Below, one piece after another: positions 17,810-26,226 of a stretch of 55,941 bases of DNA (its first letter is position 1; every line of letters begins with the position of its first letter). Location of the stretch: positions 1 through 55,941 of IMG/VR virus record IMGVR_UViG_3300021087_000017; one strand, 5' to 3'. The notes beneath the pieces are model-generated. The model searched no databases. It was not told the origin of the DNA and saw nothing but the letters and a program-made list of their open reading frames with translations. The stretch comes from a virus (Duplodnaviria > Caudoviricetes). The position numbers and the translations under genes were made by a program.

Positions 17810-17965
17810 ATGTTCTATCTGTTGTCTCACTATTTCAATGTGTTAATCTCAAATGTAGTCGAGTACCTGCTACATCATCCAGAATTTGTTGTGTTTGCTA
17901 CACTCAATCTGTTAGGCATATTCTTATGCCTCGTCGCGTATGTAGTTTATAGCTGCAATCGGTGA
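17810..17965 (+). CDS. Early small membrane protein (51 aa, not in ORF track)
   Basis: MFYLLSHYFNVLISNVVEYLLHHPEFVVFATLNLLGIFLCLVAYVVYSCNR, following the repeat copy 3 RBS. Confidence 0.55.
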   Translation: MFYLLSHYFNVLISNVVEYLLHHPEFVVFATLNLLGIFLCLVAYVVYSCNR

Positions 17966-17978
17966 TGCTAATCTGATT

Positions 17979-18026
17979 TATATAAAATAATTACTTGAAC
18001 TCTTGTGAAAGTAATTATATTATATA
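17979..18026 (+). promoter_or_regulatory. Hairpin-embedded early promoter 1
   Basis: ATAATTACTT-GAAC-TCTT-GTGA-AAGTAATTAT inverted repeat containing TTGAAC-N17-TATTAT. Confidence 0.55.
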
Positions 18027-18080
18027 TATACACGAGGCAACTTAACCCCAACATTGGGCTTAACTTTAGGGAGTTACACG

Positions 18081-18818
18081 ATGATTATCTACGAAGGTCC
18101 ATCGCTACTCGACGGTCAACAGATCGTTGTGATTGCAACGGGCATCAAGCTCAAGTCATCCAATGGCAAGACGGGCAGCATGATCCAGACATGGATACTC
18201 TTGCGTGACATTGATCCACGCGAGGCCAATAAGACTGGCGCTGACTATGCCATCTGCGGTGAATGTCCACATCGTGGCAAAGCTACTACGGCATTGGACA
18301 AGGTGCTGGCCGTGGAGCGGACATGCTATGTCATCCTATTTCAAGCGCCATTGAACGTATGGAAAACATACCATCGTGGCAACTATGACCGTGCTGTTGA
18401 TAGCGAAGCTATTGCCAGTGTAGGTGCTGGCCGCAAGGTGCGCTTGGGTTCCTATGGTGATCCTGCTGCCGTGCCAGCCTATGTGTGGCAAGCTCTGTTG
18501 TCCAAGTCTGCCGGTCGTACTGGATACAGTCACCAATCTGGCCTAGCCAATGCCGATTTTGTGGCTGACATTATGATGGTGTCGGCTGACAATCTGGCAA
18601 TGGCACAATCTGCATGGGCCAAAGGCCAGCGCACGTTTCGTGTCATTGACAGCTTGGACGCCATCACAGATGATGAGGTGCTATGTCCTGCCAGTGAGGA
18701 AGCTGGTCGGCGGACTGACTGCGAGAATTGTGGCCTATGTGCTGGCAGCAGCATCAAGGCGAAGTCGATTGCAATAGTGGCTCACGGCAATGGTGCCAAG
18801 TACGCCACAACAACGTAG
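18081..18818 (+). CDS. Cys-rich phage protein, Gp88-like / radical-SAM-like
   Basis: NGKTG, ICGECPH..TCYV, RLGSYGDP, GYSHQ and CPAS...CENCGLC motifs; start corrected to the ATG at 18081 after the RBS. Confidence 0.6.
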   Translation: MIIYEGPSLLDGQQIVVIATGIKLKSSNGKTGSMIQTWILLRDIDPREANKTGADYAICGECPHRGKATTALDKVLAVERTCYVILFQAPLNVWKTYHRGNYDRAVDSEAIASVGAGRKVRLGSYGDPAAVPAYVWQALLSKSAGRTGYSHQSGLANADFVADIMMVSADNLAMAQSAWAKGQRTFRVIDSLDAITDDEVLCPASEEAGRRTDCENCGLCAGSSIKAKSIAIVAHGNGAKYATTT

Positions 18819-19179
18819 AAACAGCGTCAACATTGACGCTAATATGGGGAGAATATTGTTATGGCTTATTGCTCAAGGCCGGTAACTGACGAAGAGCTTC
18901 GTCGGGCCGCAGTACTTACAACTATTGAATTAAATAGTTGGCAAGATAGGATTGACGCCAGAACACAGGCTGTCTTTGATAAATACACAAAAGAACAGCT
19001 TGACATGGCTCTTGAAATACAGAGCGAAATGAACGGTATTAAATACGAGTATCGTAGCTGGAAAGCTGCCAAAGAAAAAATACTAAAAAGTTAATTGCTT
19101 TGGCCCTTGATTTATAAATATAAATTGGGGGCCTTAGCTATTTACTTTGAAACAGCGTCAATGTTGACGCTAATATGGG
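18818..19179 (+). repeat. 31-bp direct repeat containing the palindrome AGCGTCAA-NN-TTGACGCT (18818-18848 and 19149-19179)
   Basis: GAAACAGCGTCAA(CA/TG)TTGACGCTAATATGGG, each copy running into a GGAG RBS. Confidence 0.92.
18861..19094 (+). CDS. Early hypothetical protein flanked by the 31-bp repeats
   Basis: GGAG RBS supplied by the repeat; followed by a hairpin at about 19102-19133. Confidence 0.65.
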   Translation: MAYCSRPVTDEELRRAAVLTTIELNSWQDRIDARTQAVFDKYTKEQLDMALEIQSEMNGIKYEYRSWKAAKEKILKS

Positions 19180-19191
19180 AGGAATAGAACG

Positions 19192-19509
19192 ATGGGCGAG
19201 GAAAAGGGTGCTAATGGTTGGTCAATACTTGATCAACCTCGCCGGAGAGTTCGCAACAAATTGAGGGATAGAAAGATGACCCAAGTTATACTGACAGGCA
19301 AAACCAAGCACGGCAAGGACCGCATACGCCAGCACGGCAACGTCTGGAATGTGACATCCATGTCTATGCCGGTTGCTCCACATAAAATGATGCTGGAAAG
19401 TCTGCATGAAACGACCACCCTTCGTGTGTCGGGTGAAACCCTACGGTTTAAGGATGCCCGCAACATCGACAAGGTAGATGATAAGGACTTCGACTGGCAA
19501 TTTATATAG
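19192..19509 (+). CDS. Early hypothetical protein (start 19192 or 19276)
   Basis: GGAGG RBS before 19192; the segment LTGKTKHGKDRIRQHG..W follows a second ATG with a GAGG RBS. Confidence 0.55.
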   Translation: MGEEKGANGWSILDQPRRRVRNKLRDRKMTQVILTGKTKHGKDRIRQHGNVWNVTSMSMPVAPHKMMLESLHETTTLRVSGETLRFKDARNIDKVDDKDFDWQFI

Positions 19510-19551
19510 ATATAGGGTACTTGAACGAAGTGAAAGTACCTATATCATATA
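19503..19551 (+). promoter_or_regulatory. Hairpin-embedded early promoter 2
   Basis: GATATA-G-GGTACTT-GAAC-GAA-GTGA-AAGTACC-TATATC containing TTGAAC-N16-TATCAT. Confidence 0.55.
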
Positions 19552-19602
19552 TACATGAGTAAGATTAACCCCAATGTTGGGCTAAACTTTAGGAGTTACG
19601 TT

Positions 19603-19872
19603 ATGAAAATTAAACCTCACATGTTTGCAGATCAAAATGCAGATGCAATTGCGGAATGCACGGAGGGCCTCAGCGATTTGGCCCGCCGTGAGTTGTGGAA
19701 CGTAGTTGTTCCGCGAATGGAGAAGCTAAATGCAGAGAACTTTGGTAGCCCCGGCGAATATTACAGCGCCGACCCAGTGACTAAATACTGGGACTTACTT
19801 AGCGAACAAGCCCAGCGCGATATTAATGAAGCCCTCGAAAACCAAGCCAAAGAATGGCAATTAAACACTTAA
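19603..19872 (+). CDS. Early hypothetical protein
   Basis: ATG follows repeat copy 5 and an AGGAG RBS. Confidence 0.65.
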   Translation: MKIKPHMFADQNADAIAECTEGLSDLARRELWNVVVPRMEKLNAENFGSPGEYYSADPVTKYWDLLSEQAQRDINEALENQAKEWQLNT

Positions 19873-19890
19873 CAAACTGGAGAATATCAA

Positions 19891-20322
19891 ATGTTGTATA
19901 CATATGACGATCAAACATATAGCGATTTGCATAAGGATGCATATGGCTATAGGCCACGGGACGATGGCTGGGAATATCTCAGCCCTGTGGGGAAACAGAT
20001 CAAGTGGGACAGCGTGATGGAGGATGTTGGCTTGCGCTGGGAGCAGGAAGCTGCCGACGAAGCCGCCGCTGTTGAGCGGTTTGAAGCTCGTGCTCACGAT
20101 CTTGTGGCATACTATGGTGCCCATGATCATGCCGCAGCTATCCGCTGGATAGTTGAGGGGCTTATGCTATCTGCCGATGACCTCGCCCATTATGGCGGTA
20201 CGTATGTGTGCCATAAGCTTGGCTTGCCCTTCTATATGCAGGACATCTTTACCCCTGCATGTGAGGACATTCTTCGCTACGAACTTGATGATGATTTTGC
20301 TGATGGAGACTATGATGAATAG
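19891..20322 (+). CDS. Early acidic hypothetical protein (YSDLHKDAYGYRPR type)
   Basis: GGAG RBS; the N-terminal motif is one I recognise from phage early proteins. Confidence 0.7.
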   Translation: MLYTYDDQTYSDLHKDAYGYRPRDDGWEYLSPVGKQIKWDSVMEDVGLRWEQEAADEAAAVERFEARAHDLVAYYGAHDHAAAIRWIVEGLMLSADDLAHYGGTYVCHKLGLPFYMQDIFTPACEDILRYELDDDFADGDYDE

Positions 20323-20506
20323 AGATATTATGATACAAGCGGGCTTCTCTAAAGAGGTAGCTCGTGTAGATGCGGGTTTATGCCCAACGTGTGATGAAGA
20401 GGTTGGTCCCTTCAGGGATGACCTTAGCCGCAAGGAATACGGGATATTTGGTATGTGCCAGCCCTGTCAGGATATGCTGTTCGATTCCGAAATTGGGGAG
20501 GATTAG
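20312..20506 (+). CDS. Small zinc-finger-like protein (CPTC...CQPC)
   Basis: ATG overlaps the upstream gene's end, with a GGAG RBS; two CxxC pairs. Confidence 0.6.
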   Translation: MMNRDIMIQAGFSKEVARVDAGLCPTCDEEVGPFRDDLSRKEYGIFGMCQPCQDMLFDSEIGED

Positions 20507-20520
20507 AAAGGCAATGGGCT

Positions 20521-20700
20521 ATGAAAACAATTAACACCAACCTTGGGCTTAATTTTACCCCATTTGAACGGGATATAGATCAACGGGTAAGGGAATACTT
20601 TGATGACTACCTGCCGTGGGGCATTGAACATTACCGCCCAGAGGAGATGCAAGGTCTGTATGGGCAATGGTGGGCTAAACAACTGGAGGAGCAGACATGA
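20521..20700 (+). CDS. Early hypothetical protein
   Basis: ATG at 20521; ATGA-coupled to the next gene; contains repeat copy 6. Confidence 0.5.
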   Translation: MKTINTNLGLNFTPFERDIDQRVREYFDDYLPWGIEHYRPEEMQGLYGQWWAKQLEEQT

Positions 20701-20918
20701 AAAAGATTATTCATGTGAACCAGCATGTGATCAAGTCTAACCGTAAGCATGGCGAGGATAAGCCTGTGCTGACTTGCAAGACTTACAAGGATAACATATA
20801 TGCACATGAAGTGTATGTCGAGGGGCCATGCCGCATAGTGTATCGACCTGACAAGCCTCTATCATGTGGCGCTCATGTCTGGATAGAGACTGATGCCACC
20901 ATAACAGTGGAGAAATGA
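20697..20918 (+). CDS. Small phage hypothetical protein
   Basis: GGAGG RBS; IIHVNQHVI...DKPLSCGAHVWIET pattern. Confidence 0.75.
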   Translation: MKKIIHVNQHVIKSNRKHGEDKPVLTCKTYKDNIYAHEVYVEGPCRIVYRPDKPLSCGAHVWIETDATITVEK

Positions 20919-20919
20919 T

Positions 20920-21129
20920 ATGTATAAACACCATCGCTGGGTACCAGCATGTGGCGGCACAGAGCAGCCATTCAAGGCTATGTCTGGGCATGAACTACAT
21001 TATATGTGGTGCCCATCTACGGGGGAACATGCCTACTATGACATGTCTGCCGACCTATTCCTATCAGACCGGGATGCCCATATACATATGTGGGGGGAGG
21101 TGGACAACGAAGAAAGTCTGTGTGTGTAA
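20920..21129 (+). CDS. Small phage hypothetical protein
   Basis: GGAG RBS; WVPACGGTEQPF...YMWCPSTGEHAYY. Confidence 0.65.
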   Translation: MYKHHRWVPACGGTEQPFKAMSGHELHYMWCPSTGEHAYYDMSADLFLSDRDAHIHMWGEVDNEESLCV

Positions 21130-21137
21130 ATTAGCTA

Positions 21138-21166
21138 TTGACATAGTTATATGACTAGTGTATAAC
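21138..21166 (+). promoter_or_regulatory. Sigma70-type promoter
   Basis: TTGACA-N17-TATAAC in an intergenic gap. Confidence 0.8.
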
Positions 21167-21201
21167 AGTTCTATTGAAACCAACCAAACCATTAGGAGAA
21201 T

Positions 21202-21615
21202 ATGATGTTACAGATTATTAAGATGATTAAGGTTAAGCTGGCCCTTCGCAAGTTCAAGCAAGCGGGTAGGCAAGATGCCTTTCGCCGGGTCACTGATAAG
21301 TATCAGGGCTACGGTGTCGAGGTGACACCAGTCCGTGCCTTCTTCAGTAAGAAGTCTGGCTGTATAAAATTTACAGGTGGACAGTTCATTAAGGTCCGTA
21401 ACGGACATGAGGTTCGCTACTTTGAGCGGGATGCAAAGGGCCTGAAGCAAGCCTTTGCCAAGCGCAAGGCACTACGTGCCCGTAGTGTCGATCACACGGG
21501 GACGGGTACTGAGGTATCCAAGAACCCCATCTGGAATATGTACCGTATGGTAACAATTAACGGGACAAAGGATCATGTCACAAAACCGACAGGTAAAAAG
21601 AAGAAAGCGGCGTAG
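21202..21615 (+). CDS. Basic hypothetical protein
   Basis: AGGAG RBS directly downstream of the promoter. Confidence 0.7.
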   Translation: MMLQIIKMIKVKLALRKFKQAGRQDAFRRVTDKYQGYGVEVTPVRAFFSKKSGCIKFTGGQFIKVRNGHEVRYFERDAKGLKQAFAKRKALRARSVDHTGTGTEVSKNPIWNMYRMVTINGTKDHVTKPTGKKKKAA

Positions 21616-21643
21616 CCCTGTCGCTCATGCAATCGCAATCAAT

Positions 21644-21679
21644 CGTCCTCGCAGACAAATCATACAGTCTGCGAGGGCG
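21644..21679 (+). other. Strong 13-bp hairpin (terminator or processing site)
   Basis: CGTCCTCGCAGAC-10nt-GTCTGCGAGGGCG; no U-tract follows. Confidence 0.5.
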
Positions 21680-21837
21680 TATAAACGGAGAGACAAACAT
21701 GCAGTCAGGAGACAAGGTTATGAAGAAACCTGATGATAATAAACGTCGGAAGCCCGCAAGCAACAAGCGATCTGACGATTGGAAACGGACTAGACGCGAA
21801 CAACGTAAGCGTCGGAGACAGGAAAAGGAAAGTTATA

Positions 21838-22029
21838 ATGCTGTATCATATAGCTCTTGACGTTAACTACGACTTTGGTTTTGTTGAGACTTCCCAGACA
21901 ATCCAGACAGAGGTGAAGGGAGACATGCCTTGGCATGAGGCAGTGGAGCAGGAGATTAATAATCTCAAGTCCAATCTTGCTGGCCTCGACTACAGCATTG
22001 AACTGCGCTGGGTTAAGGAGTACGACTGA
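21838..22029 (+). CDS. Small hypothetical protein
   Basis: AAGGA RBS, ATG at 21838; TGATG-coupled to the next gene. Confidence 0.55.
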   Translation: MLYHIALDVNYDFGFVETSQTIQTEVKGDMPWHEAVEQEINNLKSNLAGLDYSIELRWVKEYD

Positions 22030-22361
22030 TGACTAACGATTTGCTGACTATACCTGACTGGCTGCGCCGTCCTCACAAGAGGGGGCGTAAGCCAAAGGTG
22101 CTAGTCTTAGATGGCGATAGAAAATATATCATGCCCGATACACCTGAAGAGTTCAGCGGCTGGCCTAAGAACTGGTCGAAGGGCCAGACTTTCTACATGT
22201 ATGTGCAGGGTAACATGTCCATCTGTGGCTATCGCCGTGTCCGTGCTGTCATAGGTAGGAAGTGGGTCCGTCTATGCACTGACAACAAGGACAGTCGTAT
22301 GAGAGTGAAGTGGAAGATGTCCCGTAAGGCATGGGACAGGGTGGACGCTCATGCTTGTTGA
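22029..22361 (+). CDS. Hypothetical protein
   Basis: AAGGAG RBS; translationally coupled. Confidence 0.6.
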   Translation: MTNDLLTIPDWLRRPHKRGRKPKVLVLDGDRKYIMPDTPEEFSGWPKNWSKGQTFYMYVQGNMSICGYRRVRAVIGRKWVRLCTDNKDSRMRVKWKMSRKAWDRVDAHAC

Positions 22362-22779
22362 AGCATCGTTGATCTGCCTTGCCCTCAACGTGTACCATGA
22401 GGCACGGGATCAGCCATTGGTTGGGCAGTATGCCGTAGCGGAGGTGGTGGTCAATAGAGTATACGATACTCGATTCCCTCACACAGTATGTGAGGTGGTC
22501 AAGCAAGGGCCAACGTATACATGGACGGATGACTTCCCTGTGCGGCATAGATGCCAGTTTAGCTGGTATTGTGATGGGCTTTCCGACAAGCCTAAAGACA
22601 AAGCGGCATGGGGCATAGCTCTGTCCGTTGCTCGTGATACCTTGACGGGTAGGCCAGCAAGTAATATAGGCTATGCCACGCACTACCACAGCATACACGT
22701 TAAGCCAAGCTGGGCTAGGTCGAAGGTGTTAATTGGTAAGATAGGTGACCATATCTTTTATCGCTGGTCACTTAAATAA
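22351..22779 (+). CDS. Cell wall hydrolase, SleB/Hydrolase_2 family
   Basis: CLALNVYHEAR..GQYAVAEVVVNRV...CQFSWYCDG...ATHYH...IGDHIFY. Confidence 0.9.
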   Translation: MLVEASLICLALNVYHEARDQPLVGQYAVAEVVVNRVYDTRFPHTVCEVVKQGPTYTWTDDFPVRHRCQFSWYCDGLSDKPKDKAAWGIALSVARDTLTGRPASNIGYATHYHSIHVKPSWARSKVLIGKIGDHIFYRWSLK

Positions 22780-22798
22780 TAACTGAAAGGAAAATGAA

Positions 22799-23668
22799 AT
22801 GAATAATGTAATCACACTACCCAATGTAATCCCGCAACGTGTGTTCGGAGACATTGACCCTCGCATTGATTTTGATGTGCAGTTTGAGCCTACCAAGGCC
22901 CCCTCAAAGAAGTATGTTATCAACGATACTACGGGTGAGTACCTTGACACCGTTGGTATGTCCTTCAAGTGTGCATCCCATCCCAATTACTTTCGGGGTG
23001 TACAAGGCTGCATGATTGAGGAGATGCCGGGGCATGATCTTGAAGATATTACCTGCAAGTATCGTACTGCCCGTAACAATGCATGGGCTATGATGGACTG
23101 CACTCTACCCAATGCCAAGGTGACTGTACGTACACCTGTGCATGAGTCGGAGATATCGCAGCGTATCATTGCACTGCATGGTATTGATGGGTCATGCAGC
23201 AATCAGGTATTCTTTGGAGGTATTGATTTCTTCTGCACCAATGGTCAGATCAGTGGCGATTGGGACACAGTACGCAGGAAGAATACCTCTGGCTTTGTTC
23301 TGGAACGTTTCATTGATGAGCTACGTGTAGCTAAGGTTGCGTTCTATGAGCATGGTGAACGTATGCAAGAGTGGGCTGACACGTTGACCCAGACGTTTGA
23401 AGTGAAGGAGATGCTTACTTCTTTGCTGGCATCAGAGCGTAAGGCAGAGAAGATGTTAAACCTGTACCATGCAGAGGTAGCTGTACGTGGCGCTAATAAG
23501 TACGCATTGTACAGTGCCTTCACAAACTATGCGACCTATGCAGATGAGCGTAACGGCTTTGAGCTTCGCAATACTGGCAATGATACCGCCAGTGTTTCCA
23601 TGTGGAAGAGAGAACATGAGGTGAGCAAATGGATCAGCAGTCCACAGTTCCTGCAACTAGCAGCTTAG
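22799..23668 (+). CDS. DUF932-family protein
   Basis: HGIDGS...FCTNG and YALYSAFTNYATY patterns. Confidence 0.7.
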   Translation: MNNVITLPNVIPQRVFGDIDPRIDFDVQFEPTKAPSKKYVINDTTGEYLDTVGMSFKCASHPNYFRGVQGCMIEEMPGHDLEDITCKYRTARNNAWAMMDCTLPNAKVTVRTPVHESEISQRIIALHGIDGSCSNQVFFGGIDFFCTNGQISGDWDTVRRKNTSGFVLERFIDELRVAKVAFYEHGERMQEWADTLTQTFEVKEMLTSLLASERKAEKMLNLYHAEVAVRGANKYALYSAFTNYATYADERNGFELRNTGNDTASVSMWKREHEVSKWISSPQFLQLAA

Positions 23669-23817
23669 TCAGCGCCCGTACCTTCTGGGAGATGAAGGTG
23701 CAGCGTGTCATTCAGAAGCTAGAGTATGGTCAGATCAATGAGGCGCAAGCCAAACATGATCTGGCCCTACTTGGCTACGACGAAGAGGTTCTTGAGGATA
23801 TATTTGAGGAGTGAAAA

Positions 23818-24318
23818 ATGAATATCTTTAGATTACATGATGATCCAGAGATTGCTGCACAGATGCACTGTGATAAACATATACCCAAGATGATCTTGGA
23901 AACAGCACAGATGCTATCAACTGCATGGCGCATGTCAGACAATGACTATGCAGATAAACATGCTTTGTATAAGGCAGCATACAAGAACCATCCATCAACT
24001 GTGTGGGTACGGCATGGTATTCTAAACTACTTGTGGACACGCCGCTTGTTTAAATATCTGTGCAAAGAATATACGTTTCGATATAGCAAGCACCATGCAA
24101 GTGAGAGACTACTTGAAGCCTTTGCCGATGTTCCATATGAAACACGCCTTATAAAAAAACCGATGCCCTTTCCCCAATGTATGCCTGACCAGTACAAAGT
24201 AGACGCTGATCCCGTTACAGCATACCGCAATTATTACAAGGGAGAGAAAGCGTACTTTGCTAAGTGGAACAAGGGTACTGAAGCACCCGTATGGTGGCAG
24301 GAGGAATATGCAGCATGA
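23818..24318 (+). CDS. Pyrimidine-dimer DNA glycosylase-like protein (DenV-related family)
   Basis: MNIF...HCDKHIPKMILETAQML...NHPSTVW...EYTFRY.KHH...QCMPDQYK...AYRNYY. Confidence 0.8.
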   Translation: MNIFRLHDDPEIAAQMHCDKHIPKMILETAQMLSTAWRMSDNDYADKHALYKAAYKNHPSTVWVRHGILNYLWTRRLFKYLCKEYTFRYSKHHASERLLEAFADVPYETRLIKKPMPFPQCMPDQYKVDADPVTAYRNYYKGEKAYFAKWNKGTEAPVWWQEEYAA

Positions 24319-25394
24319 CCTTACCCCGGTACGTACAGATGTATCGGGCAGCAGATAACACTAAACTCTATCGCTTCAACCCTCCGCAAAATGCAATACT
24401 TGCGGGTGTGGTTGAGCGTGTGGGCTTAGGTAGTGTGCGGTCTGATGCCTATGCAAAAGCGCAGGAGTTGAATGCTAAGATAGATGCTTGGCGTCTAGCT
24501 CTAAACACAATCATAAGTAGTAAGAGTAGGTTGTCTGAATTGGCAGATGACTACTTTGAAAGCAACAACTTTAAGTTGTTAAGGGAGGGTACACAAAAGG
24601 ACTACCGTTATTTTATTGGGATAGCTGTTGCTACGCTCAATGATTGTAGGTTCCACAGCGTTACCTCGCGTCAAGCTAAGGCTTCATATGAGGAGTGGGT
24701 AGATCAGGGTGTATCGTTTGCCAATCACGTATATTCTACAATTAATATGTTATATAACTATGCTATTGATAGAGAGTATTGTATAACTAATCCCTATGTT
24801 GGAGTGAAGCGTAAGCAAGCTGCCCAGAGGAAGGTTGTATGGGAGCATGAACATGTCATGCAATTCCTTGACACAGCCTACAGTGAGTGGAAGTGGCGCA
24901 ACGTAGGGCTGATAGTACAGATGGGATACGAGTGGGTCCAGCGCATAGGTGACATGCGTAACCTGACATGGGAAAGCATCGACATGAACAACAAGATACT
25001 AAACCTTGAACAGTCCAAGCGTAGGGCATCTGTTAGTCTACCTATATCGGATGGTCTACATAGTATGTTGATTACACAGCAGGATGACTTTGGCTTTCAG
25101 CAATACGTTGTACCTATGCTGCAACCACGTGCCGGTAAGTACCTGCCTTACACTAAGACAAACATAAGTAAGATTGGCAGAAGGGTGATGACAGCAGCCA
25201 AGTTACCCAAAGAACTATGGCTCATGGACTTGCGTAGGACAGGCACTACCCAGATGAATGATGCTGGTGTACCTATGGGACAGATCATGTCTGTCACTGG
25301 TCATGCTAATCCGCAAAGCGTCAAGCCTTACATGAACCATACCTATACATCTGCTAATTCTGCATTGACACAACGACAACAGGATATAAAATAA
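24315..25394 (+). CDS. int: Tyrosine integrase/recombinase
   Basis: QRIGD, DLRRT, TGH and catalytic Y (VKPY); ATGA-coupled start at 24315. Confidence 0.88.
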   Translation: MTLPRYVQMYRAADNTKLYRFNPPQNAILAGVVERVGLGSVRSDAYAKAQELNAKIDAWRLALNTIISSKSRLSELADDYFESNNFKLLREGTQKDYRYFIGIAVATLNDCRFHSVTSRQAKASYEEWVDQGVSFANHVYSTINMLYNYAIDREYCITNPYVGVKRKQAAQRKVVWEHEHVMQFLDTAYSEWKWRNVGLIVQMGYEWVQRIGDMRNLTWESIDMNNKILNLEQSKRRASVSLPISDGLHSMLITQQDDFGFQQYVVPMLQPRAGKYLPYTKTNISKIGRRVMTAAKLPKELWLMDLRRTGTTQMNDAGVPMGQIMSVTGHANPQSVKPYMNHTYTSANSALTQRQQDIK

Positions 25395-25449
25395 TGACTA
25401 GCTGGCATGACTTTATATTAGGCTTTTTATGGGGGGTTGTAACTGTATC

Positions 25450-26226
25450 ATGTTTGATATCTTACACTACGTAGAAGACTTAGAACTAGCTAACGAGGCT
25501 ACTGTACGTAGGGATTGTCCTATCTGCCGGGGCTTCAAGACTTTTACCGCATCAAATCGTGATGGGTTCTTGGTGTGGAATTGCTACAAGGCAGGGTGTA
25601 AAGTACACGGTGGAACACAGACTCACATGACAGTAGCAGACATCAGGGCTAGGCTCATGGGCAAACAAAAGGCTAACTCTGAACTGTTCACCAAGCCAGA
25701 GTACATTGTCTCAATTAGAAGTGCTAACACTGAAGTCCAACAGTGGATACAGCAATGGGACTTAGGGGTTGAGCTTATGTGGGATGTGAAAGAAGATCGT
25801 ATCGTGTTCCCTATCTACGAAGGTAACGTCATGGTTGACGCTACAGGTCGAGCATTCGGTAGACGCTTACCTAAGTGGAAACGTTACGGTAGCTCCGCTA
25901 TACCCTATGTGGTAGGTGATACTAACCAAGCTGTGATCGTTGAAGATTGCATAAGTGCAGCCGTAGTTGCACAAGAAATATCTCATGGATCAGGTGTAGC
26001 TATCATGGGTACATCATTATCGGATGGACAATATCGCTTCTTGTCTCGACAAAAGTATTCGTGTATAGTAGTAGCACTAGACCCAGATGCATTACCTAAA
26101 ACGCTAGGCATGGCAAAAGAACTACATAATGTAGCAGAGACTATTAAGGTATTGAAACTAAACGACGATCTAAAGTATCGCAACCTTGAGGATATAAATA
26201 AATTGGAGAATATGTTATGGAACTAG
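25450..26226 (+). CDS. DNA primase (Zn ribbon plus TOPRIM)
   Basis: CPIC...CYKAGC zinc motif; VIVEDCISA and ALDPDA TOPRIM motifs. Confidence 0.88.
   Translation: MFDILHYVEDLELANEATVRRDCPICRGFKTFTASNRDGFLVWNCYKAGCKVHGGTQTHMTVADIRARLMGKQKANSELFTKPEYIVSIRSANTEVQQWIQQWDLGVELMWDVKEDRIVFPIYEGNVMVDATGRAFGRRLPKWKRYGSSAIPYVVGDTNQAVIVEDCISAAVVAQEISHGSGVAIMGTSLSDGQYRFLSRQKYSCIVVALDPDALPKTLGMAKELHNVAETIKVLKLNDDLKYRNLEDINKLENMLWN

Larger units (their letters stand above)
16649..20552 (+). repeat. Six dispersed copies of a 22-bp quasi-palindrome, consensus TTAACCCCAA-NN-TTGGGCT(T/A)AA
   Basis: Copies start at 16649, 17520, 17773, 18042, 19565 and 20531; four continue into (T)AG(G)GAGTTAC plus an ATG. Confidence 0.92.

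Noticed and set aside
16649-20552. Palindromic repeats as a CRISPR array
   Set aside because: Spacing is hundreds of bp and irregular, with whole genes between copies; no cas operon. The Cas4-like gene is an ordinary phage exonuclease.
17520-20552. Repeat as a conserved peptide (NPNxGLNF)
   Set aside because: Distance to the downstream ATG is 37, 38 or 39 nt and one copy contains the upstream stop codon, so frame is not conserved.
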